DNA from: Mobula hypostoma
Taxonomy: Eukaryota
Reading direction: 5' to 3'
DNA length: 64,000 nucleotides
Assembly: GCF_963921235.1 (NCBI RefSeq)
Contig: NC_086097.1
Span: 95,048,001-95,112,000 of the forward strand
A program made the position numbers and the translations under genes. Of this stretch, positions 26,291 to 39,343 are shown piece by piece; the first letter of the stretch is position 1; each line of letters opens with the position of its first letter. The notes beneath the pieces are model-generated. The model worked only from the letters and a program-made list of their open reading frames with translations, ran no database searches and was not told the origin of the DNA.

Positions 26291-26864
26291 TAGTTATGTT
26301 TTCAAACAATCAGTTTCAAAACAAATTGGTAAATGACTGCGGCTTGTTTGGCAATCCAGGGCAGAGAGTGTTTGTGGTCTATGGGTCTGTATGAATACCA
26401 TTCTGTGATTCACTCCCACTTTGTTTTGCCAATTAATCTAAGAGTTTGTGGACTTTCAAGTGAGAGCAGTGCTTTACAAAGCAAACATCTCACACCTAGT
26501 CCTCCACCACAGCTCAGCTGGTACATATTAAAAGCCTGTGTCATAGCACATGTGGTATTGGACTGTTTAAAACTGTTTGGATCTTTCTCTATATTAAGAT
26601 TTGTTTATTTTAATTGATTTAATTCATTTTCTTTTTTAGTCATGCAAAATTCCTGCAAAGCAGTCTCTCCTTGTACTGTGCTGGTATGTTTGAGTGAGCA
26701 ACCACCCACTTGCCCAACTCTCTTCCCATTATTGACTGCAAGCAAAATCTGATCAAAGGTCAATGAACTGAAATATTGACTCTAGCCATTTCTCCACAGA
26801 TAGTGTGGGACTTGCTGAAGGTTTTCACACTTTGTGTTCTTATTTCTTCCCATCGGTAGTAGGA

Positions 26865-27698
26865 ATAGATAGATAGATAGATATACTTTATTAATCCCGA
26901 GGGAAATTTGGTTTCGTTACAGCCGCACCAACCAAGAATAGAACGTAAATATAGCAATACTAAAAACCCCAACAATCAAACAACAAAATGCAAACTATGC
27001 CAGATGGAAAATAAGTCCAGGACCAGTCTATTGGCTCAGGGTGTCTGACCCTCCACGGGAGGAGCTGCACGTTCGATGGCCACAGGCAGGAACAAGCTCC
27101 CGTGCCGCCAAGTGTTGTATCACGGTGGAATGTGGCCGAAGTCCAACAGTTAAAAGGTTCAATATCCAGTCTGCAAACACGTTCCTCGATCGTAATATAC
27201 CCTGGATTGCACCATCCGTTGTTAGCCAGAACAGTAAGCATCGAACTCCTTTACGCTCACTGCTCTCAGTGCACTTCCGGTCAGCCGGAATGGTATTACC
27301 CACCGAACTCCTCTTCTCCAAAAGTCTCTGTTGTCTCGACCCGGTCCTCTTTCCTCGGCTTTGTGATCCCCCTCTGTGTGTTTTCCTCCGGATTTCAGCA
27401 GGGGTGTCCACCGCTCTGTTCACTAAGCCCGCCGGTCTTTGCTGGTCCGTGAAATACACAATCCGACCTTGCTTCTGTCCCACGCGTCGGGATGTAACCA
27501 TTTCCAGCGCTAAAGAAAACTCAAATAAAACTCTCTCTACCAGCATGTTAGAGAGAGTGCAGCTTCGACGTGTTACCGTGAGAAAAAAAATACAAAAAAT
27601 ACAAAAAAAAATAACGTAAATTAGAAAGTAAGAAGAAGAAAGTAAGAATAGATCGGAACGGCTGTACCAGGCTGCATGCACGACCGGTGCATGCGCAC
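26865..27698 (-). mobile_element. Internally deleted, non-autonomous Rex1/Babar-like element with (CTAT)n tail
   Basis: CpG-rich (young). The basic N-terminal segment (RRKTHRGG..RGKRTGSR) is fused to a C-terminal FLPVAI-like remnant. Tail ATAGATAGATAG-ATACTTTATTAATCCCGAGGG; the same tail begins at 63974. Confidence 0.7.
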
Positions 27699-27929
27699 GA
27701 GAGGCTGCTCACCCTAGATGATCAGTAGCTCTATTATTTATCTGGATAATTTCTGTATCATTAATATTGTTACAGATAAAGAAAACCCCATATATTTCTA
27801 TTTTCAATCTTTCTCCAGCCTTGATGTTTTGCTTTGCAGAGAAGGGTTGAAGACATCTAGATTTCCAAGCACTTTATATGTGAGAAGTGTTTCTGAATAT
27901 AAAGTTGATCTAATTTTAGGGTTATAGTG

Positions 27930-28185
27930 CTTGGTTATAAGACTATTGAATAGACCTCTTGTATGATTAGATGAACTCTTGACCTCACAACCTATCTTGT
28001 CATGGCCTTGCACTTTATTGTCCATCTGTACGGCACCTTCTCTGTAACTATACTACTACGTTCTGCATTGTGAAACTGCTTTTCCTTTGTATTACCTCAA
28101 TGTACTGATGCTTTGAAATGATCTGTATGATTGTTACGTAAAACTAAGTTTTTCACTGTACATGTGACAATAATAAACCATTCAT
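27930..28185 (+). mobile_element. Rex1-type LINE 3' UTR fragment
   Basis: GACCTCACAACCTATCTTGTCATGGCCTTGCAC...TGTGACAATAATAAACCA, shared with 22960-23170 and 58410-58585. Confidence 0.65.
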
Positions 28186-29159
28186 TAATGCCTTGCTATT
28201 TTGTAATAGTCTGTTCATCTTTATTAAGCTTAAGCACATCAACTCATGTACTCAAGCACATCTTATTAGGCCATGGTTCAAGGAGTAAGGTCACCCCAGC
28301 ACCAATATTTCAGGAGTAAGGCACAGAAGAGGAGTGGAGTGGAGCCAGGCCCGAATCTATTCTCACTTAACTCTCTTGCCCCATGAATATACTTTGTGGT
28401 AGAGATCCTGGCAATGGAATCAGAACTGAATTCAATTGTCATCACAACCAAAATTAACATCTCAAGAATGGAAATCCCATGGTGATCAACATTATAGTTG
28501 ACAACAAGCCCCAATGGGAGATGCGATGAGAGATTACCAAAGGCCTGGCCAAAGACGTAGCTTTTTTAAATGTCTCTTTTTATAAGTCTCCTTTTTAAGA
28601 GACTTTTAAGTCTCTTAAAGGAGGATGAAGACACAAGAATTTTTAAGGAGTGGCTTCATTAACAGGGCCAAAGGAGCAAGTATTGAATATGGATGTGGGC
28701 ACTATGGATGAACGGTCCTGCCAGAGTCAAATCAGGCATTTTTGAGGATCAAAATGTAAACCTAAGCTGTTGGTAATTAATTTCATTAGATGAAAAAATG
28801 GGCAATTTCAATCCATTTTAAACATGTGCAACAACATTGAATGCTGCTTTCAGACAATGCCTGCTTCTCCTGGGTTCAGCATCCTGGAGTTCAGAACCTA
28901 ATTTTTCCTTTAAAGCAGGTTAATCATACACGGCATATCAGCACGCACCCTTTCAACACACTAAATCAACTGACACAATCTGGAATACAATCCCGCTTTA
29001 TCAAGCTCCTAAATTCTTGCTAATGGGTCTCTGTCTCTTTCTGTCTCTGTCTCCACCACTCTTCAATAACCTCTTCAGCTACTTTCATTCAGAGCTGGGA
29101 CCATTGAAAAGGAAATTTTTGCAGGACTGTAGGGAAAGTGGAACTAATCAGACAACTTT

Positions 29160-29520
29160 TTCAATAAACTGAAATAAATAAAAGCACAAAAAATGCTGGA
29201 CACTCAACAGATCCTGTGGAAAGAGAAACAGATTTTATGCTCAAGGTCAACGGCCCTCCCCCACCATTAGAAAGTGTTAATAATGCAAGCTTTATGATAA
29301 GGGAAGCTAACAGAGACGTCTGTGAATGGATGGAAGGCTGGAACTGAAAGAGAAGGTGGAGGAATATAAAGGGGGATGGTAATGGGCCAAATATGGAAAC
29401 AAATAATGGGGATAAAAGAAAAGTAAATGCTAATAGAGGAACACTATTACAGCTGACCCAATAGTAACCAGCAGGTGATAATGTGGCTGGCTGGAGCATT
29501 TCTTGAGTTTATATTGTACT
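29160..29520 (-). mobile_element. Old Penelope-like 3' fragment
   Basis: AAAATGCTGGACACTCAACAGATCCTGTGGAAAGAGAAACAG resembles the reverse complement of the Penelope terminus, followed by a purine-rich UTR. Confidence 0.45.
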
Positions 29521-29564
29521 TTACTGGACAGAGTAGGAGATCAGAGTGAGAAAGGGAAAGGAGA

Positions 29565-30435
29565 TTATAGGCCAGATAGCTGACCTCAGTGGTTGGGAAA
29601 CTGTTGGAGTCAATTTTTAAGGATGTGGTTTCAGGTACTTGACGACAAATTTTAAAATAAGCTGAAGTGAGCACGGTTTCCTTAAGGGAAAATCTTGCCT
29701 GACAAATCTGTTGGAATTCAAGCAAGGATAGACAAAGGAGAATCAGTGGATGTTGTGCACTTGGATTTTCAGAAGGCTTTTGACAAGATACCACACATGA
29801 GACTGCTAAACAAGTTAAGAACCCATGGTATTACAAAAAAGATACTAGCATGTTTAGAGCATTAGCTGATTGGCAGGAGGCAAAGTGTGGGAATAAAGGG
29901 TGCCTTTTCTAGTTGGTTGCCAGTGACTAATGCTCTTTCACGGGGTCTGTGTTGGGACCACTTCTTTTTATGTTATATGTCAATGACAGAATTGATGGAT
30001 TTGTGGCCAAGTTAGCGAGCAATACAAAGATAGGTGGAGGGGCAGGTATCGTTGACGAAGCAGAGAGGCTATAGAAGAACTTTGACAGATTAGGAGAATG
30101 GGCAAAGAAATGGCTGATGGAATGCAGTGTCAGGAAGTGTGTGGTCATGCACTTTGGTGGAAGAAATAAAAGCGTAGACTAACTTCTAAATGGGGAGAAA
30201 ATTAAAAAATCTGAGGTGCAAAGGGACTTGGGAGTCCATGTGAAGGATTTCCTAAAGGTTAATTTGCAGAGTCTAAAACCCCACAGTCTCAGAATAGCGG
30301 GATATCCACCTAGAAAGGAGATGAGGAGGAATTTCTTTAGCCAGAAAGTGCTGAATCTGTGGAATTCATTGCCACAATGGCAGAGCAGACTCGATGGCCA
30401 AATGGCCTAAATCAGCTCCTATATCTTAAGGTCTA
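29565..30435 (+). mobile_element. CR1 LINE fragment
   Basis: YRPDSXTSVVGKLLES..HGFLKGKSCLTNLLEF..DFQKAFDKIPH; QRDLGVHV; RRNFFSQKVLNLWNSLP. Confidence 0.9.
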
Positions 30436-31339
30436 AAACTTCATTTGACTCTGACAGGAAACTTACCTGCATTTGGTGAGGGATTGATATTATGATTGGA
30501 GGGTTTGAAGTACATTCCAAGAAACATTAGCATGGATTTTGGGAGGGGACAGCAGACGGAAGAAAGAACATAAAACAGGAGTGGGTGTAGGCTGCTCAGC
30601 CCTTCAACCCTGTCCCCGTTAGTCAATATGATCATGGCTGATTTCCCCAAGGCTACATCTCCTATTGGAGATGTGGACATAGTTTTCAAATATAAAAGCG
30701 ACCTTCAGGCGATGAGGCAGAAAACAGAGCGAGTATTCTGTTGGTCCAACACATGAGAGCATATCCAACATGAGTTGGTTTCTGGAGAGACAGGTTTTAC
30801 TCTTCTACAGGCTCCAGCAGTCATTATGTTAAGTTGAAGAGCTGAAGGAGTGAGTTCTGGTCGAGATTTTATGGTAATATCTAGGTTAAACCGGAAACAT
30901 TTATGACTCATTGCCAGAAAATATTATTCTTGGTTAGAGGCTATTGTATAACATGAACTATTACGAAGGGGAAGCTGGAATTTTTTGCTGAGGGTCAAAA
31001 ATGGATTTTCTCTGGATCTGTGAGCTGCCAAATATTGCTCACCTGCTTTACAAAACAGGAAACATTTTATCCTGCAGATACCTGCCACAAAAACGTTTCT
31101 CTCCAACCCCAATGATTATAACCCATAAGACAAATTCTCTCTGTTAAACAAATTGGATTTGGCTCAATGGATGTACTTTACCCCCAAGACACAAAAAAAA
31201 ATCTGGGTTCAGATGCCATCTCAGAGATTCCAGTTCATAATCCAGGCCAGCTGTTCAGAGAACTTGCTTTACTATTGCTAAATCACTTTGGAGCATGCTC
31301 AGACAAAATCCCACCACAGCAGCCACTTCATTCAAAGCA

Positions 31340-31600
31340 AGATCCTGAAGCAGAGTTTCAAACCAAAACGTCAACAGTTCCTTCCCCAACCTCCCCCTCT
31401 GAAAGATGTTACTTGACCTGTGTAGTTTCTTCAGCAGATTGCTGCTCCTGATTTATGTCTCTGTTTTCTCTCTTTCCCACTTATGACCAAGGGTTTCAGA
31501 CTCAAAAAATTAAATGTTTCTCTTTTCACTGATGCTGTCTGCCTTGTTGAGTGTCTCCAGAATGTTATCATTACTTCAGTTTTCTGGCATTTCCGGCACT
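31340..31600 (+). mobile_element. Two tandem old Penelope-terminus remnants
   Basis: CCTGAAGCAGAGTTTCAAACCAAAACGTCAAC...GATGTTACTTGACCTG and GACCAAGGGTTTCAGACTCAAAA...GATGCTGTCTGCCTTGTTGAGTGTCTCCAG. Confidence 0.55.
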
Positions 31601-31759
31601 TTTAAATTTTATTTTTTATTTTTATGCTCACAAATAAAATGAGATGATGCCCAAATTGTCATGATTTTGAATAGGTTAGTTGATGATCTAGCACAAACAG
31701 AGAAATATTAACTGCACTTCTTTGAAATGCTGTAATGGCATCTTTACTGTTTTCCAGAA

Positions 31760-32435
31760 ACATAATTCACTCCACTTTTTAAGAAGGAAAGGAGGAAAGA
31801 AAAAGGAAATTATAGGTCAGTTAGCTTGACTTTAATGGTTGGGAAGATGTTGGAGTCCATTATTAAAGTTGAGGTTTCGGAGTACCTTGGGACACATGAT
31901 AAAATAGGCCAAAGACAGCATGGTTTCCTTCTGGGGAAATCTTGCCAAACAAACTTGTTGGACTTTGAGGAAGTAACAGACAGGATTGACAAAGGAGAGT
32001 CAGTGAATGTTGTTGACTTGGATTTTCAGAGGGCCTTTGAAAAAGTGCTGCACGTGATGCTACTTAACAAAATATAAGCCCATGGTATTCCAGAAAAGAA
32101 ACTAGAATAGATGGAAGATTGGCTGAACTGACAAGAAACAAAGTGCAGGAATAAAGGGGGCCTTTTCTGGTTGGTTGCTGGTGAATAATGGTGTTCTGCA
32201 GGGGTCAGTGTTGGGGCATTTCTTTTCACTTTATATGTAAATAATTTGGATGATGGAATTGATGGCTTTGTGGCCAACTTTGTGGATGACACAAAGATAG
32301 GTGGAGGGACAGGTAGTGCTGAGGAAGGAGGGAGTCTGCAGAAGGACTTAAATGGATGAGGAGAATGAGCAAACAAGTTGCAGATGGAATATACCGTAGG
32401 GAAGTGTATGGCCGTGCACTTCAGTTTAAGGAATA
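31760..32435 (+). mobile_element. CR1 LINE RT fragment
   Basis: MVGKMLESIIK..QHGFLLGKSCQTNLLDF..DFQRAFEKV; NFVDDTKIGG. Confidence 0.9.
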
Positions 32436-34130
32436 TGTTGTGGATTTAATATTTCAGTAATACTTGAGTATTATTGTAAATATATTGTTTGATTAAGCAT
32501 TCTTGTTCATTAATAATTCAGTACAGGTTATATGTAAAAGTATTTGAATGGCATACGTCATCACGCCACCATATCATAAGTACTTGCCTCGCTAAAGTAA
32601 AAAAAAAGTTTACATGCATCTCTTAGTTCCCTTTTTTTTGTTCTTTGTTTCCATGTTAATTAGTTGTTTCTTTTTGGAGTTACAAAATATAACAGTGGCA
32701 ACCAGGAAATTTTAAATGAACTTGAGATGACTACCTACCTGTTGAAGCAAAGCAAGACGTTCTAGTTAAAAAAAAGTGCAACGAGAAACGGTCGAGTAAA
32801 AAAAAGTGTAGCACATGTTTCTTCAGGAAGGGACAGAAATGATTGAAATAAGACAAAAAGCAAAAAATGGATGAAATTCACAGCTTCATAACCATTGAGT
32901 ACAGGTGACAATAATCATAAATTTTAAAAAAGCAGAAATAGCTGGCTACATCAGACAGATAGATATGCTGGATTGCACAAGGGATAGCTGAATATTGTAT
33001 ACTGAACAAATTGAGCAGTATTTTATAGATATTGTATAGCCAATGAGATGACTGTTCCAGTCTTGCTGAGGGTATTGGGTGGAAGAGTATACAGTTTGTG
33101 TATTAGTTTGACTGTGCCAATTCAAACTAGCTGAAATGAGCTTTGTTGATATCATAAAAGCAGTGCAGGAATATTTAGAACCAAAAACTTTGTGAATTGC
33201 AGAACAATTTAGGTTCCTTAGGTGGAATCAAAAGGAAGTGGAGTTCATTTCAACTTACATGATTGAACTGAAGAAATTGCCTGACCATCGTCAGCTCGGT
33301 GATAGACCTAATGATGCACTCAGACATTATTTAGTTTGTGAAATTTTACAAGAAAGCATTCAACAATGGTTCTTAACTGAAACACAGCAGACATTTAAAA
33401 GAGCAGTTGAAATAGCTGTATCAATGGAAATCAGAAACACAATCCAGTTGGAGTCAAATATGAAAGAGAGTGTGAACAAAATTGCAATGTCCCAAACAGA
33501 AAATGCCTGGCCAAACAAATAGTTTTCAGTCCTGCTGAAGGGTCTCAGCCCAAAATGTCGACTGTACTCTTTTCCATAGATATTGCCTGGCCTTCTGAGT
33601 TCCTCCAGCATTTTACGTGTGTTATCAATAAGGATGACAAGAAACATCTCCAAAAGCTCAAAGCTGTGTTATAACAATTGGAAGATTTTGGGCTCAGAGA
33701 ACGATGAGACAAGTGTGAATTCTTTAAACCAAGCAACATTTTCTGTGGTCACACCATTGATGCACAAAAATTACACAAGTGTGCTGAGAAATTTCAAGCA
33801 GTGGTGGATGTCCCAAGGCCAAAGGATGTGTCACACATGGTTCCGGTCCTTTTCAGGATTTGTCAATTACTATAAAAGGTTCCTGGCAAACCTAGTTTCT
33901 GTTCTCCACCTTTTGAACTCATTACTATAGATCGGGAAGAAATGACAATGGACAAAGCAGTGTGGGGTGGTTTTCCAAAAGGTAAATCAACAGTGAAGTC
34001 AGACACAGTATTCATACATTATGACCCACATCATCCAGTAAAACTTGTCTGTGACACCGCGCCCTATAAGTGCAGCCATGTCATGTTCTGAGTGATGGAA
34101 GTGAACACCCCAAAACCTTTGCATCCACCT
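32436..34130 (+). mobile_element. Decayed Gypsy LTR retrotransposon (copy 2, same family as copy 1): 5' LTR, PBS, gag remnant, RT/RNase H remnant
   Basis: LTR TGTT...AACA at 32436-32694. PBS TGGCAACCAGGA. Gag-like (ELKKLPDH..DALRHYLVC..IQQWFLTE..TFKRAVEIAVSME). The RT region aligns by eye with 3725-4140. Confidence 0.88.
33523..33623 (+). mobile_element. Penelope-terminus fragment with decayed hammerhead motif, at the gag/RT deletion junction of Gypsy copy 2
   Basis: CAGTCCTGCTGAAGGGTCTCAGCCCAAAATGTCGACTG...GAGTTCCTCCAGCATTTT. Confidence 0.8.
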
Positions 34131-35091
34131 CCACAAATCATTTCCTTAGCTCCAATCATAAAGCCATTACTGTCACCATGTTCTTGCAAAAATCCGTGTT
34201 TTTAAAATCAAGAATGTTGTTGGAAATTGGAGGAGATTTAGCAAGAAACAAACAGGGGAGAGGGTTTGCCATCCGTTCTAGTGATCGGAAATACACTCTC
34301 TGAAAGTAAGTTCAGTTACAACTTTCAAAAGTATTTGGAGATCAACATCTAAAAAGGAACAAATGTCAGCGTTGTGGGAGAACTGTAGGGAAGAATGAAT
34401 TAGGTGGTTTTTGCTAAGTGTTGAACCAAGCAAAATGGGCTAACTGCTCTCCTGTACTATATCTCTCTATGGAATGTGGAGGAAATCTAGCCTTGCCTGC
34501 AGACAACAGTTAGGGTTCATTACTATCTGTGATAGTTAATTTTATCAGACCATGATCTGTATTGCTTTATCACAAGTGGCATGCTTAGAGAACCTAAATT
34601 CTCCAGATTTGTTCTAGTTTTCTCTGTAGGGCCCTGCAACCAAATTTCCTTCAGAAGTGTGGAAAGTGCAAAGTGCCGATCTTATCCCTTACACATGCAC
34701 ACACACACATATAAGCAGCCAGTTAAGAGTAGTGCTCATGTCCAGAAGAGCACAAATGGAAAATAGACTATTTCCCATTGTTTCAGAGTTAACGGGCCTG
34801 GTGACCATTACAGTATTATAGCAATGCTATACCCGCTAAGCTTGAGCCGATCAAATCTGCAGAAAAAGAGCTGTGTTGTGAAGTGAAGCTAATTTGATGC
34901 AGGCTTGTGAAGCATCATAAGTGTTTTTTTAAAGCAACATACCCAAATATTCGTGCTGTACTGACTATCAGCAACCCTGTTCTCTAGTTGTTGAGCTCCT
35001 GGCAATATAAATTCCGTTCATTAAACATCTTCCTGTGTCTCAGATAACATTTTCAGAGTTCAGCTCAAGTTAAAGCTATGTCAAGCTCTGT

Positions 35092-36915
35092 CCATAAGAC
35101 CATATGACATAGGAGCAGAATTACGCCATTCAGCCCATCGAGTCTGCTCTGTCATTTCATCGTGGTTGATCACAGATCCCACTCAACCCCATACACCTGC
35201 CTTCTTGCCGTTTCCTTTGATGCCCTGACCAATCAGGAAACAATCAACTTCCATCTTAAATATACCCACAGACTTGGCCTCCACCGCAGTCTGTGGTAGA
35301 ACATTCCACAGATTTTCTACTCTCTGGCTAAAAAAAATCCTCCTTACCTCTGTTCTAAAGGGTTGTCCCTCAGTTTTGAAGCTGTGCCCTCTAGTTCTGG
35401 ATAACCCCACCAGAGGGTACATCCTGTCCACATCCACCTTATCTAGTCCTTTCAACATTTGGTGGGTTTCAATGAGATCCCCCCACATCTTCTAAATTCC
35501 AGTGAGTACAAGCCTAAAGCTGCCAAACGCTCTCCATACGTTAACCCCTTCATTCCTGGAATCATCCCTGTAAACCTCCTCTGGACTTTCTCCAATGACA
35601 ACACATCCTTTCTGAGATATGGGTCCCAAAACTATTGACAATACTCCAAGTGTGGCCTGACTGGTGTCTCATAAAGGCTCAGCATTATCTCCTTGTTTTT
35701 ATATTCTATTTCCCTCGAAATAAATACCAACATTGCATTTGCCTTCTTTACCACAGACTCAACCTGTAAATTAACCTGCTGGCAGTCTCACATGAGGACT
35801 CCTAAGTCCCTCTGCACCTCTGATGTTTGAACCTTCTCCCCATTTAGATAATAGTCCACATTATTGTTCCTTTTACCAAAATACATTATTGTACATTTCC
35901 CAACACTATATTCCATCTGCCACTTTTTTGCACATTTTTCCAATTTGTCTAAGTCCTGTTGCAATCACATTGCTTCCTCAGCACTACCTACCCCTCCACC
36001 TATCTTCGTTATATCCGCAAACTTTGCCACAAAGCCATCAATTCCATTGCCTTTATTGGATTTTAAAAGCTTCTCAATCATCCAACTTCCCACTCACTTT
36101 TGCTACCTTAAATGCCCTTTCCTTGGCTTTTGTGCAGTCCTTAACTTCCTTTGTCAGCCATGGTGCCTACCCCTGCCATTTGAGAACTTCTTCCTCTGTG
36201 GGACATATCTATCCTGCGCCTTGTGAACTATTTCCAGGAACTTCAGCCTTCTCTGCTCTGCTGTCATCCCAGCCAATATCCTCCTCCAATCCACCTGGGC
36301 AAGCTCCTCTCTCATGCCTCTGTAATTCCCTTTATTCCATTGCGAGACTGAGACATCCTACTAATGTTTCTCTCTCTCTCAAATTGTAGTATGAATTTAA
36401 TCATATCATGATCACTGCCTTCTAAGGGTTCCTTTATGTTAAGCTCTCTAATAAGATCTGGGTTATTACACAAAACCCAATCTAAGATGGCATTTCCCAA
36501 GTAGACTCAAGCACAAGCTGCTCTAAAAAGCCACCTCATAGGGATTCAACAAATTCCCTCTCTTGCAATCTGACACCAAACTGATTTTCCCAATCCTCTT
36601 GCATATTGAAGTCTCCTATTACAATTGTGTCATTACCTTTGTTACATGCCTTTTCCAGCTCCCTTTGCAATCTTAACCCCATATCTTGGCTACTATTTGG
36701 AGGCCTATACATGATTCCCATAATTGCTTTTTTTCCCTTGTAATTTCTTAACTCCACACACAAAGATTCAACATCTCTGATCCTATGTCACCTCTTTCTG
36801 AAGTTGTAATTCCATCTCTTACCAACAGAGCCACACCACTGCCTATGCCTTCTAGCCTGTCCTTTTGATACAAAGTATATTCTTTGATGCTAAGTTCCCA
36901 ACTATGGCCTTCTTT
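35092..36915 (-). mobile_element. CR1 LINE (3' end plus deleted ORF2)
   Basis: GDLIETHQMLKGLDKVD..RTRGHSFK..FFSQRVENLWN; GIMYRPPNS..IGDFN; GSDHDMI. Confidence 0.92.
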
Positions 36916-37799
36916 CTTGGGTGAGAACAGGCGCAGGCTTGAACTCAAGCCTGAGAAGTTAGAGGTATAACAGGTGCAGGCAGGATGGTAGTTCAGGCAG
37001 TGGAACGCTCCTCCTGTGAAAAGTGAGATTGCATGGTCTCCCTGATGACTATATTTGCAGGAAGTGCACTCAACTTCAGGTCCTGACTAATAAGATCAAG
37101 AAACTGGAGTTGGAGCTGCATAAACTCAAGATAATCTCGGAGGTGGAAACCCTTACAGATGAGACTTTTACTGAGATGGTCACACACAGAGTGCAGGCTT
37201 CAGATGGTAGCTCAGTGACAACCAGGAGAAGTAAGGGGATTAAGGAGTTAGTGCAGGGTTCTCCAGGGGCCATTCCATTCCCTTCAGCAACAAGTATACC
37301 CCTTTAGATGCTGCTGGCGAGGATGACCTATCAGGGCATAGCATCAGCAGCCTCTCCAGCGGCACCATGGCTGGCTCTGAGACTCAGCAGGGAAAGGTAA
37401 AGTCAGGTTAGGTGGTGAACAGGAGATTCTGTGGACACAAAAGAGCCACCAGGGTGGTGTGTTGTCCCCCAGGTTGTAGGGTCCAGGATGTCTCAGAGCA
37501 GCTGAAGGCGATTCTCAAGAGGGAGGGTGAGTAGCCAGATGTCGTGGGGCACTCCCAAACCAATGACATTGACAGAAAAGGGGAAGAGGTCCCGTGTGGT
37601 GAGTATAGAAGAGCAGGACTTCTAAGGTAGTAATTTCTGGATTACTCCCACGTGCTAATCAGGGCAGGAACAGAATGATAGTACAGATGAATGAGTGGCT
37701 CTGGAAATGGTGCAGGGGGCAGGGTTTCAGATTTCTGGATCATTGGGATCTCTTCTATGGAAGGGACAGTATAACCTGTACAAACAGATCAGGTTACAC

Positions 37800-39050
37800 C
37801 AGTGGGACTTCCTGTCTCTATCCTAGTTGTGAAAGTCATGACACAGAAATTAGAAAATACAACTATACCAGAAATCAAACCCAAACTCTGGGTGTGCTAT
37901 GTGGACCACACCTTTGTGATTATCAAGGACAATGATGTAGAAAGAACACATCAACTGCTAAATAATGTCTTTAACGACATCAAATTCACAATGGAAATTG
38001 AAAAGGAAAGCCAGCTCGCATTCCTGGATGTTCTTATCAAGAGAACTATCACTGGCCAATTACAGACATCAGTTTACAGGAAAGCAACACACACCAATCA
38101 AATTCTGAACTTCAATAGCAATCACCCGACGAGTCACAAACAAAGCTGTGTGAAAACCTTATTCAAGAGGATTGAGTCCCATTACAACACCATAGACACA
38201 AAACTGGAAGAAGAAAAGCTCCTCTTCAAGACCTTTCAACAGAAAGAAGCTTCATCTGAAGGTATCTCAAGGTCAGAAATCCAAATATACAAACTACATA
38301 AACGATGAATAAATGAATTGGACTGTATTGCCGTACATAAAGAATGTCTTAGAAATGACAGCAGGATTGCTTCAGCAACACAGCATCACAGCTGCTCACA
38401 AACCAACTGCAACTTTGAGGAGGAACTTATCAAAACTTAAAGTGCAACAAAATGTAACTGATAGAACAAATGTTATCTACAAAATCCAGTGTAGTGACTG
38501 CGACAAGTACTATGTTGTTCACACAAGAAGTAAACTATTGACTAGGCTACACGAGTATCAGTTAGTGAGCAGAAGGCATGACCCACTCTCGCTTGTATTA
38601 GCTCATGAAGATGAAGAAGGACACCATTTCAACTGGACAACAGCCAGAGTCTTGAGCGAAGCAAGAACAAGAATTTCTCGAAGCATGGTTCTCTACAGAA
38701 GGATCCATCAACAAACACATCAACATACATCTGGTATATGAACCCTTACAGAGAAAAGAGAAACGACGTCAACAATCAACGAATCGCCAGTAATCTCAGG
38801 ATCTGGACAGCAACAGACCTTCCTTGAAGCCAACCAGTCGGAATCTTCCATTGCTAAACTGTTCTCAGGTGTTTTGAGCCAGTCAACCAGATCATGACAT
38901 CTAATCAATATTTATTTGGACTCCGGAGGAGTATATAAGCCGGCATTCTGAGAAAGCAACACCCTCAACTGCACACCAATGATGGCTTCTCAATTGAAAC
39001 TGAAACGTCTGCAAGTACTTTGCCAAGTTTGGCGATCAACTCAAGCTTAC
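37800..39050 (+). mobile_element. Penelope-like element (RT C-terminus + GIY-YIG endonuclease), 5'-truncated
   Basis: KLWVCYVDHTF, IKFTMEIEKESQLAFLDVLI, VYRKATHT; VLPYIK; NVIYKIQCSDCDKYYV..T.SKLLTRLHEY. Confidence 0.92.
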
Positions 39051-39343
39051 AAACAGAATAAGGTAGATATTCTTGTAGTGCAGATAGAGAGTGGCAGGTA
39101 TGGCTCTGTCGGTTAAAAATGTGAAATCAAATTCTTAGAAAGAGCATACTTAGGCTCGGAAGATGTAGAATCCTTGTGGGAAGAGTTAAGAAACAGCAAG
39201 GGTAAAAAGAAACTGATGGGATTTACATGTGGATCCCCAAACTGTAGCCAGGATGTGAGATGTGAATTATAATGGGAGACAGAAAAGGCATGTAAAAAGG
39301 GCAATGTTATAATAGTAATGGGGATTTCAATATGCTGGTAGAT

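Noticed and set aside
30440..31150. Unique-looking segment with a minus-strand donor (ACTTACCTG) and short ORFs
   Set aside because: No coherent reading frame or recognisable domain.
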